The notes: generated from the sequence alone by a model not told the origin. Counted from the whole stretch's first letter, positions 38,922-51,785 are shown. The stretch is DNA of 63,983 bases, filler included, from Sphacelaria rigidula (GCA_964200075.2; 11 parts of 11 records of this genome joined end to end with filler, not necessarily neighbours in it), one strand, 5' to 3'. Program-made: numbers and translations.

Positions 38922-40839
38922 CAGTTGCCGCAATACAGTGCCAGGCAAACATCTGAGCCCTCGAAGAGTGACCCACTCACTAGAAAATAAACGGCGAATA
39001 AAAGGGTGATCCCGGCCGACGGGCACGGAGCGATGCGATCGGACGTATCAGATCTTCCATCTATTTCGAACCGGCAGCTGTATACCAAGACTTTCGGTAC
39101 GATGTGCTACCTGTACTCTCAATACATTTTGATTTTGGGCCACCGAAGAACAGACGGACCACGCATAGTTGCACTTTCACATTCCTTACAGCCCTTCTAC
39201 TGAGAAGTACTGTGAATAAAAAAGATGACTGCTGGTCAACGCAAACCTGAGGCCCAGGGACGGCCACACCGACGTGTCCCTTACATTCGATTTTTGGGAT
39301 ACGGGCTGTACTGCCTATGCCAGTACAGATGCAACACACCGAACGTTCTCACACCTAACTCAGACCACACGTGCGCATAATCGTGCCGTAATTCACGGTA
39401 TCCTACAATGCTGCGCTGCACTGTTGCGTTCGGTGAGTGATAGAGAACACTCAGAGTACAGTCGGCAACATGACACGGTTGCTTCCAATTTTTTTAAAGA
39501 AACAGCGGTTACAAATACCTTCGCAGCAGTATGGCATGTATCGCACATGTCTGTGCATGAATACCGCCTCTGCATCAATAAGATACAAACTACATCATTG
39601 CATCATGCAAGCACCAACGCGACCCCAAAGCACCCGACCTCAACCGCGCTCGTTTAGCATTGCCTCACCTGCAACCCGCGCTGACTCGCTCAACGCTGCT
39701 GAACTAAGGACGCCGCATGCTTGTCGGTGTAGCGAGCAACGGTGAGCTCTTCTCAACAGATTTCCTGAGAACCTCCTTCCTGCAGTAGAGGACACACTTG
39801 CTGCCGTCTTCGATGGCCTCCGGCTCGGACACCGTTGTCTTGATGACAAGTGCCGTACCAGCACACGACGGAATGGTCATTGTCCAGAGCTGCACACCGA
39901 AAGATTATCCCATCACAAACACTCTCAAAAGACGACGGCTCGAAAGCAACGCACGCTGCCGACAGTACCGAGGGGGTATTCATCAACACTCGCCCACACG
40001 TACTTGCTTGTTTTGTGCGGTCTGTGAGGAAAACTTGTGGTTGTGAGCGGGGGAGGGGGGGGGATGTCCTCGGCACAGCAACTTTGCAAACTCTGACATG
40101 GGAAATGACAACTAGTTTACAGATGTACGCGAAATGGCCGGACGTGGTGAGAACGTGGATGAAACGGGCCCAGTGTGGTCCAAATGGTGTTGATCTCCCT
40201 TTCCTGATGAACCAGCAATTCGCAACGCATATGCGTCCACGGTGTTGCCTTCGCCTTGCTTTTAAGCGTCAAGTAGATGGGTTCAACCGTATGCATGCGA
40301 ACCATTGTTCAAAACGATGAGAGTGCAGGTTATTGAACGTTGTCGTGAGTCTGCACGACGGTGGAAGAAAAAGAAAAGAAGGTTCGTGTGCGTCTGGGGG
40401 TGCTCCAGGGGAGCGTCGTCACCTGAGCCCCCGTCAGAGCGCATTGAATACGGCAGATGCACCAGGGCGTCTTCTTTCTTGAGACAGACCAACACCACCT
40501 GGTAGCCTGCAGCAGCCGCGCGGTGGCAGCAGTCAAACAATATGGAACTCTTTCCACACCTGCGCGACATTGGGATTGGGAAAAAAAAAAGGGAAGGAAG
40601 GCAGGAAGGACCAGGAGGGAAACAGCAGCAAATGCTAAGCCAACATCTGCTACAGGTCCCAAGAAAACAACCCCGAAAGACANNNNNNNNNNNNNNNNNN
40701 NNNNNNNNNNNNNNNNNNNNNNNNNNTTAATTAATTAANNNNNNNNNNNNNNNNNNNNNNNNNNNNNNNNNNNNNNNNNNNNGAGGAAGCTCCTCGCCCG
40801 TGTCCTTTGTGTGTCCTCGCTCGGCGATTACCAATCGCT

Positions 40840-41020
40840 CGAGAAACTGGCATCATCGATGTTATTACACCAACATGTGCCAAATTTCCATGTGCCAGAA
40901 CATCGACGTGCGGAGAGATTCCGTCTCTTCTTGCCTGTCGAGCTCTCGAACGCGAAGATCGGTTTCTCTCTGCCTCTCGGTTTGGACAGGACGCGCGTCT
41001 GTGCACTGAAAACCATGTCG
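40840..41020 (+). pseudogene. Decayed EsV-1-7-like cysteine-rich repeat
   Basis: ETGIIDVITPTCAKFPCARTSTCG ... ARLCTENH resembles the GMVDV...C....C...P.YG...FC..H consensus. Confidence 0.4.
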
Positions 41021-42570
41021 TTGAAAAATAGGGCAATGTGCCCCTGACCGCTACTACTGTTCTCTGTCACACACATGCCAGCAAGGGCGGTGCTACAGCA
41101 ATAACAGATAGATCCAATTTAACTTAGGGAGTGTTATTCATCGTTGATTTTCGCCGTCCTCCCCCTAACCGGGTGCCAGAGCAGAAGAGCGTGCCACACG
41201 CCAGTTGAGGGGAGTGTATGAGACATCAAACACTTGTAGAGACCTTCTTGACATGCTGTGTGAAAAAAAGATACCTATGGTGGTGACCTAACTGTTGCTA
41301 GCGTGGCGCATAGGAGTCCGCCCATGCCGCAATCTGCAGCACACGCTGGCCGCGTAAACACCTCAATGACAGGTACAACAGTACGAGTAGCTTCCCACAA
41401 TTAGTAATTATTCCGATGTCAGAAAGTCATGGATTATTACAACTTGGGAAGAAAGACGAGAGTGCTCTACGATCAACCGCATGTCGTTGCATTCGAGACC
41501 CACGCCATCAACCGCCGACAGCAAGAGTCTTGTGGCTTTCACGCGACGCCGTCGGCAGTACGGCAGGCAAACCAGATCATAGCTACATTTCGTTGCTCTA
41601 CCGCACGTACTCCCGTCTGTTCAGAGATGGTCATGGTAACAGCATGCACCGAAGTCGCAACACCTGTGAAAGCTAGAGAGTTTGATTTTCAAGAACTGCG
41701 TCCACACAATTCAAACGACTCTCAAAACCTCAGGGAGGACGGCTTCCCTGTCGCCCAGCCAGGTTTTAACGAACGAGGAAAGACTTTTTGGCGGATACAA
41801 CACAAATGGGGGCCCGGAGAGTTTCTTTCCACCAAAATCCGTGTTTTCCAACCTGCAAAGCGTTCCATGCGCATTGTTTTCTAATACGAACGGTAACTTA
41901 TCGATTTATGTTTCGTTCTTCAAGGACCCCCTGATGCTGATCCCAGAAACGTTTGGTATTGCTGTTCGATGGTAGCTTCGGATGTTTAAGTGGATCCGAA
42001 GCGGCCACCTTCCCATCGACGTTTTTAAAACGGTTGCTTTCGTGGTTCTCGTTGGTTCTAGTGCTGTCGGCGCAGCACTAGAACCAAAGCCGACAGCAGC
42101 AGAACCAGCACCGACACCACTACCAGCGATCTGCCTGGCCGACATGGTCAGGGGATGAAGTGAAGGCGGTCCGCAGAGTATATCCCCTTCGTCACCGCGG
42201 CTGGTGCTCGGTACGCTAGCTATTGTGGGCGCAAACAGTTCCGTGTTGGTCGGCTCAGCGAAAACGGAACATTGTTCAATTAACGCCCCGCATCGCATAT
42301 CAAGCCAAACCTGGGCGATATTTCTTGCTCTACTGGCAAAACGTCCGTTGTTGTGTAACCCCGGTTCGAGATGTTTTACCCCCGGGGACGATATCTTGTT
42401 ACCCCCGGGTCCACAATGATTTTGTTTCGCATACATGATACCAACCATATGCGGAACACACAGCGTTGGTCTCATGGTCAAAAACACCCGTCCAAGCATG
42501 CGTACTCGACACGGGCTTATACGATGGACTTTTCCACTCGGGCTTTTAGAGTGGACCAGAGGAAGTACAT

Positions 42571-42818
42571 AACTCAGCAGTACCGTTTCCCACTGGCTAA
42601 GTTACACAAAAATAACTCACCGGTAGATATTTCATTGGCTGAGGTATATGTCATCACTGAGCAGTGAATATTTTCACTCGCTAACTATATGAATTAACTC
42701 AGCGGTACCTGTTCCCACTCGCTAGGTTATATGGTATAAAAATTTGGCGGTACTTTTTCACTGGGTTTGTTATACGGTGCGAATCAGCGGTTACATTTTC
42801 CCACTGGATGAGTCACAC
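42571..42818. repeat. Tandem array of ~6 imperfect palindromic ~41-bp units
   Basis: Units AACTCAGC(A/G)GT-N9-10-ACT(C/G)GCTRRGTTA. Confidence 0.8.
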
Positions 42819-43889
42819 CACGAGATGAAGTTAACATATCATGGGCTGTCCGGCGTGTGCAACACTTGCCCTTGCGGTTACCTGCAAAATCTGTCTCTGT
42901 AGTCTCAGACGATAAACGGTGGTATATATTGTATCCCTGAAGTCGCGTCCTCTTCTTACGGTCACATTATGTTCGCAACCTTCGACAGTTTGTGCGTGGC
43001 GCCAGAGAACAGCGAACGTTTTTATCCTTTGGCGGGTCATTCCAAAACTTTCGGAAGTACCGTTTAGTCAGGGTTGACTACCCGCGTTGGTAGCGGCGTG
43101 CATCCAAGATATCTTCTTCTGGTGATCCATAACTCTCAGCGGTGATCTCCTGGGACCTTTTTTTCTCTCTCCACCGCCGTCAGCATGCATGCTGGGTTGG
43201 TTAATGCAGCGGTAAAAAACCATCTCACAGAACACCAAAAGCTACAAGAGGGCACAACCGCACGCATGTGAGAGTGGCCGGCTACGACATGTGCGAAAAA
43301 AAGCAGTTGCGTCTCGGCCAGACAACGTCACTGTTGAGGATATCCTCGTCAGCGGCAAATGGGCTGTCCACAAAAGACCGAAGGACAAGTCTTTGATTTG
43401 TGTCGTGCGATACCACTATCTATCCTCACAATGTATGTCTCGGCCACCTCCCACACAGAGACCGAGGCGTCCATCCCACTACACCCCACCATCGCCACGC
43501 AACGCACTGTTGCCTTGCTTACGTTCACCGCTATCACGTCTTCCAACAGCTGTCATTATGCAGTCTGATACAAGCTTACAATTAACGTAAAATATAGGAA
43601 ACGGGTTATGAGGCGCTTTCGACACCTTGCTCGGCGTAAAACGTGAAGCGTCCCTTTGGCGCACTCGTCTTTGAGCAAAAATACCGATCATTAGCGTTCA
43701 CGAGCGATATCCCGAGCAGTCTGTTGCCATCAACCTTCACTACGAATGCTACTGCTATCGCTGCCCTCTTCATCCAAACCGCTCAGGGCGTCTTGTGCCG
43801 GATCTTCTCTGCTACCACCACTCGGAGGCCTGTGTAGTTCAACAATGGATGAATGAGAGCGGGCGTGATGTTGATAATCTCATCTGAGG

Positions 43890-44680
43890 GTGAGTTGTTG
43901 TGAAGACATACCTATGGCCTGCTAATGTAGACTCTGTGTGTGCATATAAAATACACGCCGAACGAGTTGTGACGAATGTTTACACCGTATGTTCCTCTCT
44001 GCGCCTACATCGTTACATTAGGAGGGACGGGATAAAGAGTATGCTCGCGATAGAGTACATCACAACCCACCCGCTGTGTTGCCTCACCTAGACGGAGTGG
44101 CGTGCTGACTCTCACCGGTTCACGTAAGGGGAAAGGGGGAGGGGGGCGCCTATATTCTACGCATTGCACATGTCTAGGTGGTTGGCTGCTCTTCGTCAAG
44201 GGGGCAGCGAGCGGGCCCTGTTTTGCAATAGGGCGATCATGGACGGCCAGTGTATCTCCCATACCGTGCGGAAGCAAGCTTGGCTAATGGGGGCAATGCT
44301 TACCTTACCTGCAGCAGCTGCCAACGATGCTTCATGAAAGGTGAGTCGCTCATCCTATAGTGTCGGATGAATATAACAGTCTTGGATATTTACTGATATT
44401 CATCAGGTGCCAAGCATACGTGGTAGGACACCACAGCCGATTTGTTCCTTGTACCGCACACCAGAACCAAATAGTCGTTGGCACCGCACTTGAAACCCAG
44501 AAGCTTTCGACCCCACTCGAGAATCAAGTTGGTCTTGGTACCACAGACGTTCAAGTCGTCATCGGCGCAATATATGAGTCAAGCATACATCGACGCTACA
44601 CAGATGTCAAAAGGCTTACGGGGGCACCATGAAGGTCGAGTACTTAGTTGTTGAGCGACTCGCCTGCGCGACTTCCGTCT
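43890..44680 (-). pseudogene. Decayed intronless archaeo-eukaryotic primase (PrimPol/NCLDV-herpes-like) with possible Zn ribbon
   Basis: Ordered motif-like peptides LIYCADDD, DYLVLVCGTRNKSAVVSYHVCL (SxH), YGR....SPYCK, RHNSFGVYF; stops and frameshifts. Confidence 0.5.
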
Positions 44681-46434
44681 CGTGTTCTGTAGGCCCGCTC
44701 GCTGTCCGTACTCGAGCCTCAGCAGCCGTTTGCCGGTCATGGTGCGCCACCTTCGTGCGAGTACGTTGTGCTTGCATTCCCCGTGAAGGGTGGACGTTCG
44801 AAAATGTCGAGCCTGGTCAGTCAGTGGTTGCCGCGCGATAACTTGAGTCAGCGTTCGAGTCAATTAGCACAGCAGACGCCACGTGAACAGATGAACCATA
44901 GACCCTGAACAAAACGGATATACCCGGGTGTCATCTTGAACTGATCGTACTCTCATGAAGTTAGCACCCGGTGTGCACTCATCAACAGGTGACCGATAAA
45001 CAATATTGAATGGACAATACGGGTGAAACGTTGGTTGAAACTGGAGCGACGATCCTGACAACGTCAAGTGGCAATTGTTGCAAGCTTGGATCCTGACACA
45101 ATGACGTATACTTGTCAGCTCTTTGCCATACAAACCTGTCGTGGAATGCCACAGACGTATTGTGCTCATTTGATGAAAAATTTCAATTACCAAACACATA
45201 CTACTGGTTAGGAGTCGCCGGACATGCGATGGTTGTCGCAAATCGGCGTGGTATCGTACTTCTACTGATACAGCCTGTGGGCAGCAACCAACACTTGAGG
45301 ACGCGAAACTGATTCATGGGTCAGATGTACAAAAAGGTGGTCATGTGTTGAGGGCTACAACAGCCAGCTATACCACTGCCGACGGGTACAAGGAGATTCA
45401 CTAAAGCTGTGCTTCAGATGGGAAGACTGCTCTGTGCACCTGTTCCAGAACGTCGAAGGCGTGCGCCTCCCGCTTGGTGATGGCTGTCACGGTGTCAAAC
45501 ACCCACGTGGGCCGCGGTCGCGTCCTAGATGCCGACGGTACTTGTGGGCGTTCGGTTGGCATGTCTGATGCGTTCGTGTCGTCGCTGAGTTGAGTCATCG
45601 ACTGTCACGATGATGGCAGGAGAAGCCAAGGCAGAAACGAAGGCCTCGTCATGATCGGCTATTCGGCGCTTTGTACTTGAAGATCGAGGACGGTGCTGTG
45701 AACCAATCATCGAATGAGAGCTCAATGAAAAGACAAATTGAAGACCGGGTCCACGGAAAGCATGAAGGTAGGAGCACGATGAAGAACGGCGCCACGATCA
45801 GCACGAGGTGAGGTGAGTCAATGCTTTGCTTAACACACCTGCCGCTTTGCCCAGACGCCTGGTGACACTTTTAGCTGTCTCAGCATGTCTCTTCTGGTCT
45901 GCCGGGCCGCCTCTGCTTTGTCGACCTTCATCAGCTCCAGACTGAGCGCTTCCATATGCTTTACCTTATGCCACGGAACGACAACGCGGTAACAGTACAC
46001 AGTTGATGCTACAGCGCAACGGCTTCTGCTCGACATGTTAGGTTGCGTTGTTCTGCCAGATCTGCTGTCGGAAGATCCGAGCACAGAGAGCTTCCTTTGC
46101 TATATTACTCTACAGATCCGGTTCGCTACTACCGAGTAGCAGGTGTGAAATATACTCCGGCTGTGAATTTCAGCAATCGGAAGTTCAGCATGCGAAGCCG
46201 GGCTTGAGATGTGCCCCCCCGCACCAACTCCTCTATCATCGTGCAGAGTAGCAAAACGGCACTTGGTTCAGCATCAAAATCAAAAGCTCAAGCCTTGACC
46301 CAAATGGCCGGCTCTTGTTCACCACTGCCCGTGTTACACGCCGAACGTATCTTGCGCAGGTGCTCAGAGGTGTGTCACGATGTCGTTTCGACGGTGAAAC
46401 CCCGGAAACAAATGCAGAAAAAAAGACACAGACA

Positions 46435-46508
46435 CCGGTCGCCCCGGTGGCTCAGTTGGGAACCTCGTAACCTTCTGATGGTTGAGTTGTGGGGTTCAAT
46501 TCCCGGAG
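46435..46508 (+). mobile_element. tRNA-derived SINE head (cut by scaffold end)
   Basis: A box TGGCTCAGTTGG, B box GGTTCAATTCC; matches heads ending at 58616 and 63250. Confidence 0.8.
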
Positions 46509-48277
46509 NNNNNNNNNNNNNNNNNNNNNNNNNNNNNNNNNNNNNNNNNNNNTTAATTAATTAANNNNNNNNNNNNNNNNNNNNNNNNNNNNNNNNNNNN
46601 NNNNNNNNGTGGGGAAAGCACTGTTTTAGGCTTGAACCTCATCTCGAAGTTAAACCTCAATTCGCACAATTTGTTGTTTCTTGTGAGAAATTCTGGAGCG
46701 GCCTCAAAAATACCCTTGAAAGGCTCCCACGTACATTCGTCAAGGTTGGAACCGACCCAGTCGACCAACACGATCAACAATCGATCGTCTGCTTCTGCCA
46801 CTCGGGCAATATCAGCCATCTGAAAGTGCCCCTGATTGAAAGCTTGCTGGAACACGCCCTTAACGTCAGCCGTAACATTAAGCTGCGAGTCTGCATAAAA
46901 ACGCAAACGAGCTACATGGGCGGTGTGAACATGACCCGGAACAATGTTTAGAATCTCGAACACGTGCGGGTTGTGAGCACCAACCACTCTCCACGGATCA
47001 GTCCACGACGCCATCAATATGGGCGCAACGCCCGGACGACGCACGCGTGAATACAATACATAGTCGCCTACCTCCAAATTCGACAATTCCAGCCCCGATT
47101 AGGACCCCTCACGTCTACGCGCACGTTCAGCGGCAATACGTTCCTGCACTTGAACGCGGAAACTTTCATGCAAGTCCAAGACTCCTTGCAATGCACGCTT
47201 AATTTGAACATCGTCCAAAACATCATATTTGCATTTTCCCGCCGACGAAGACGCCAGCAGCGAGAAAGACGTCCGAGGAGCACGATCATACATCACGTGG
47301 TACAGCGTACTATCGCCATGACCACGATACGCTGTATTGAGTGCCCATTGCACCGCGGGCAACACGTCCACCCACTCGGAAGCCGCTCTACGCAGCTTGA
47401 GAAGAATAGAGCGAAGAACACGAACTACTTCCTTCACGATGCGTTCGTACGTGCCGTTAGACCACGGAGAATACGCCACCTCAAACTGGTGGTCAACGTG
47501 CAAAGCCTCTCGCAATCGGGCAAAGATCACATTTCTAAAATGCGTGGCGGTATCACTCACCCACACACGCGGCACCCCCAAAGTTTTGCACCAATTTAGC
47601 AAAGATGCAGGAGTCGATTCAGCAGTACACACCGCTGCTACTGGTTCCAGAGACACAAAGTTACTCAAACCATGCATGGTTACCAAAATGTATAGAAACC
47701 CAGCATCCTCCGGCAAACCTGGGGAAGCTAGCGGGTCACTCACGTCCACGTTCAAAAAGTCAAAATAAACGACTTCATTCGGGCGGGGAACAACATCACC
47801 TGCCCTCGAGTCAACACAGCGACGACACTGACGGAAAAATTCGCGCACATGAGTTTCTATCCCCTGCCAAACACAAAAATCTTGCAAGCGCACGAGCGTC
47901 GCAGCCTCACCATGATGCCCGGCGTCGCGCATGTGCGCGCAAATCATCAGACATACCTGCAACTGCTTGTCAGAACTCGGAATCCACAAAACGTTTCGGC
48001 CACGCACATGCACACAAAACAGATTTTCATTGTCTGAGATAGCAGTGCCAACGTCCGACTCGAAAGATTGCACATCCGCATCTTCTGCCCCAAGGTTTGC
48101 CGTTGCGCTTGGCGGCCAACACATTTGGACGGCATCGAGTCATCAGGTTCACACGGACCATACACAGCCACAGCGCGCACAGACAAAGCCGGAATATTCA
48201 CCCAACGCGAAAGCAAGTCACCCCGCGCGTTACGGTCACCCGAAATATGGGAAATCGAGTAACGATACTGGCCAGGA

Positions 48278-48525
48278 GACACGTTTTACGATAGCCCCCC
48301 CCCCAAAAGTGCATGGTTTTGGGAGGCAAAATCTTCACGTAAATCGAAATGGGAAAAGCCGAGCACAACGAGTAGCTGGGGAATTCCCACGACCGGGTTC
48401 GTTCTAGACAGTATTGCCAATATGAGGCGCTTCATGCAGCCTGAACCCAAGCATCAGCCGCTGTATGCTCATTTTTTCGTGACACTTTTGGCTGGTTTCG
48501 GGGGGGGGCTATCGTAGAAAGTGTC
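48278..48525. mobile_element. GACAC-TIR MITE inserted in gypsy RNase H
   Basis: Splits KAVL|GQYRY; flanks AGGA/AAGA. Confidence 0.87.
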
Positions 48526-51044
48526 AAGAACAGCTTTCCGACCCTCCAAACTATGAGCCAACGCCTTCGACACAGAAGTAACGCACGCTTCCGGATTAAA
48601 AATATACACGGGATTTCGGTGATCCGTCGAAATGTGCACGCCATCCCACAAAAGATGCTCCAGGCGACGAAAAGTGCTCACGATAGCAAAACCTTCCTTG
48701 TCAATTGTGGCCCAACGCAACTGCAAACCCTTGAAATTACCACTGAGGAAAGCCAGCGCTTCATGCGTCATATCCTCGACCGGCAAGCGTCATTGCATTT
48801 CATCTTTAGGCACCTGCGTGACAAATCTATCCCAATGGCACTCAGGTGCGTCCGGAAACATCAGCACCTGACAATAAGGACGAGGATGAAACAGGGCCAC
48901 GGCGTGAGCCACCAGATCCTTCGCTGCCGCCCACGCCTGCAGCCCACCCTCCGTCCACGATGCAGCCTTTTTCGGAACCACCATATCCGGACTGAACCAC
49001 TCCACCTGCAGTTCCGTAACACCAACCCGAGCGCCAAAAGAGTCGCCATGCACGACGCCAACCAACTCGACTTCACCGGATCGTACCGCCGCGGCTTCGT
49101 CTTCACCACGGACGCCCCAGGTTCAGCTGAATACATATTGGCTCCACGCGCGCAGGAGGATCACCCCGCAGCGCACGCCGAAACGCGCTGACGCGGCGAT
49201 GCAATATGCCGCTCAGGCGCTCCGCTTTTGAGACGCCGAGGACTTTTTGGCACAGCATCCGTCACGCTCTCCTCCGGCGCGACCTTCCGAGCGGACGTCT
49301 CTTCCGCCGGATCCATAAACATCTCCGGGCCGCGCTCTACCGAGCGTCCCACCGCCGCATTCCGCTCCTCGGCCACCTGTCCCCCAGCCTCCTGAAAAGC
49401 ATCCACCGACAAGCGCACGCGGCGACAGCCCAAAACGGCGGGCGTCTCCACGCGCGGACCAGGCGGAGACATCCGCGTCTTCATGGAGTCCCACAACCGC
49501 GCGTACGGGTCGACTCCAAGATCTGAAGCGTCGGCAACCCCAGAAGAATGACGCCATCCGACCCCGGCATGATCGCAAATGAGATTAGAGGCAACGGCGC
49601 CGGCCCCCCGGAAGTGGTGAAAATCAGCTGCAGCGGAACAGTACGCCCTGTGACGAAAACATGCTGACCGGACGCGGTGACGGCCTGCCGCGCCTCGAGT
49701 GGAAAAAGAATGCAAAGTGGCACACCCGGGAGAAGATGCTCCAATATCTCTACAATCTGCACCGACAGGCTCCCATAACTCGTAAAGTGGGCGCCAGAAT
49801 CCAACACAGCCCGAACCGCAAGGGCTCCACGCTCCCGTTGATTTGGAAGGTACAACTCCGCAGGAATGTACTTGTCCGCAAACTCCACTGGCACTTCATC
49901 CGCCGACCGGCGCGCCGCTAATCCCACTTGACGCCACGGCTGCGCAAGCTACACAGGCGAAGACGCCCCGGCATGTTCAAACTGTACCGCCGGCGGGTAT
50001 GACCCCCAGCCAGCAGACCAAGAATTTGGCGAACCTCCGACCAGCGCATCAGCAGGCGTCGCGCCAGGCGCTACCGCCGGTGTCGCCACCGGCGCCACCA
50101 CCGGCGGCAGCGCACTGTTCGACGCTGTAGAAGTCGGTCCCACCTGCACCGCCCGTTGCGGACCAGCGGCACCTCCGGCGGCGCCGGACCCAGAACCAGA
50201 TCCATGCCGACGCCGCTGACCCTGCTGCCGCCGCCGCCGCTGCTGGTGCTGGTGCTGGTGCTGGTGCTGAGAACTCGATTGCGACCCTCCACCGCTGGAG
50301 GATCCGCCGCCGCCGCCACCACTCCGATCACCTTGTCCTTTGCCCTTGTGCTGACGATGCTGATGGCGTGCGGTATGAGACTGCCCAGACTCCCCACCGG
50401 GAGACGTTGGGCAATTGCGCGCGTAATGGCCGACCTGACCACAACTATGGCAAGTGCTCGCCGCATATCCAGCATGCTTTTTGATCGCCGCTACCAATTG
50501 TGGCAGGGTGATTGTGCTCTTTTATGTTGCACACGCGCAAACATTCTTTGCACATGCGTCGGTACTTGTTGAGCCATCGACACTACCTGATGTCGCATTG
50601 CACCCCCTGCGTTAGCGTGCTCCACACGCTTACTGTACTTCCTCTACTTGGTATAGAAATTACGAGATGCACTCTCGGAGTACGTATCCCCGTATTGAGC
50701 AGGTCGCACGTCTTCCCGCATAACCACGGGCGTGAAGCTGGACGTACTACACGAGCGATCGCCATAGCTGCAGCCGGCTACCTTCGAACCCTTCGCAGGC
50801 CAGCGGACCTTCGCGAGTTGCACATTCTCTTGCTTCGTTGCCGCACCACACAGTTGCAGGAGCCCCCAATCGCCAGTGTAGATCAATCACAGCCCAGCCG
50901 CCTTTTTGCAGCCGCCTCAGCTGGAACCCTCTCCACGCGTCCGTGGTTTATCAGGTTTTTCCACAGCTGCAAGACTCCTCCGCCAAAACGTTTCCAGCAG
51001 GTTCTGCTAGGTACTATCTTCAGCAATAACACCAATATCGATAT

Positions 51045-51310
51045 TGTGACGCCAGCCAGAGAGAAGTACTGGTGGATCATTGCTGTTGAAGGACTCCCTA
51101 GTCTCACTGGCCTCGGTTACTAGTTGTCAGCCTTGACAACATCTCATTATCAGGAGTGCCCTTCCAGGCACCAACCTCCTGGACACGCAGACTATTATCC
51201 CCGTGTCCCCCGGTTATTATCCAGAATCCTTACAGAACCCTCCAGAATCCCCGTGCCCCCAGTCATGATTCAGATCATCACTACCAACTCAACGGCGTAT
51301 TTTCGTCACA
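51045..51310 (-). repeat. Probable 5' LTR of the gypsy element (266 bp)
   Basis: TGTGACG...CGTCACA inverted termini upstream of gag; partner LTR is off the scaffold. Confidence 0.65.
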
Positions 51311-51685
51311 AACCCAAAGTCATGACAAATGACTTTCATACGGACAACCTCTTGCCCCCGCATTTCCCTGAGAGTATTTTGGAGGATGTCTAGTCTCTCG
51401 TGCCCTCGAAGGGTATGTGCGCCAGCGCATTTTTACCTCGATTTCGGGGTGAGAAGAGGGGCGGTCTTTACCCAAAATGGTGCTGTCGCACGTACATAAC
51501 CGTTGAGGGAACGGAAGGCGAAAGTTTCCCCAAAATAGTGTCATGGAGGTTGGGGGGCATAATGTGTCAAGGAATACGTATTATACCCTGTGCTGTGCCA
51601 ATTAGGTAGATTAACGGGTAGGCACGATTTGCGAAGCATGTTCCAGGAATACGAGTCACGCGAAGAAAATAGACCACGAGAACAG

Positions 51686-51785
51686 CGGGTGATTTCCCAC
51701 AGATTTCCCTCGCGAGCGGGTGATTAGCACAGGTGATTTTCCTAGCAAGCGGGTGATTAGCACGGGTGATTTCCCTAGCGATTTC
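51686..51785. repeat. ~33-bp tandem repeat, about 3 copies
   Basis: GCGGGTGATT...GATTT.CCT.GC repeated. Confidence 0.75.

Larger units (their letters stand above)
46609..51310 (-). mobile_element. Degenerate chromodomain-bearing Ty3/gypsy LTR retrotransposon
   Basis: gag knuckle CHSCGQVGHYARNC; protease VLDSGA; RNase H (WATIDKEGFAIV, TDHRN); integrase (HMRDAGH, WVSDTATHF, YSPWSNG.YER); chromodomain VLVDWVG....CTWEP. Confidence 0.95.

Noticed and set aside
42571..42818. CRISPR array
   Set aside because: Units are diverged and abut with no unique ~30-bp spacers; no cas genes; eukaryotic context
46435..46508. tRNA gene
   Set aside because: Same head continues into a 360-bp SINE body elsewhere; no convincing acceptor stem
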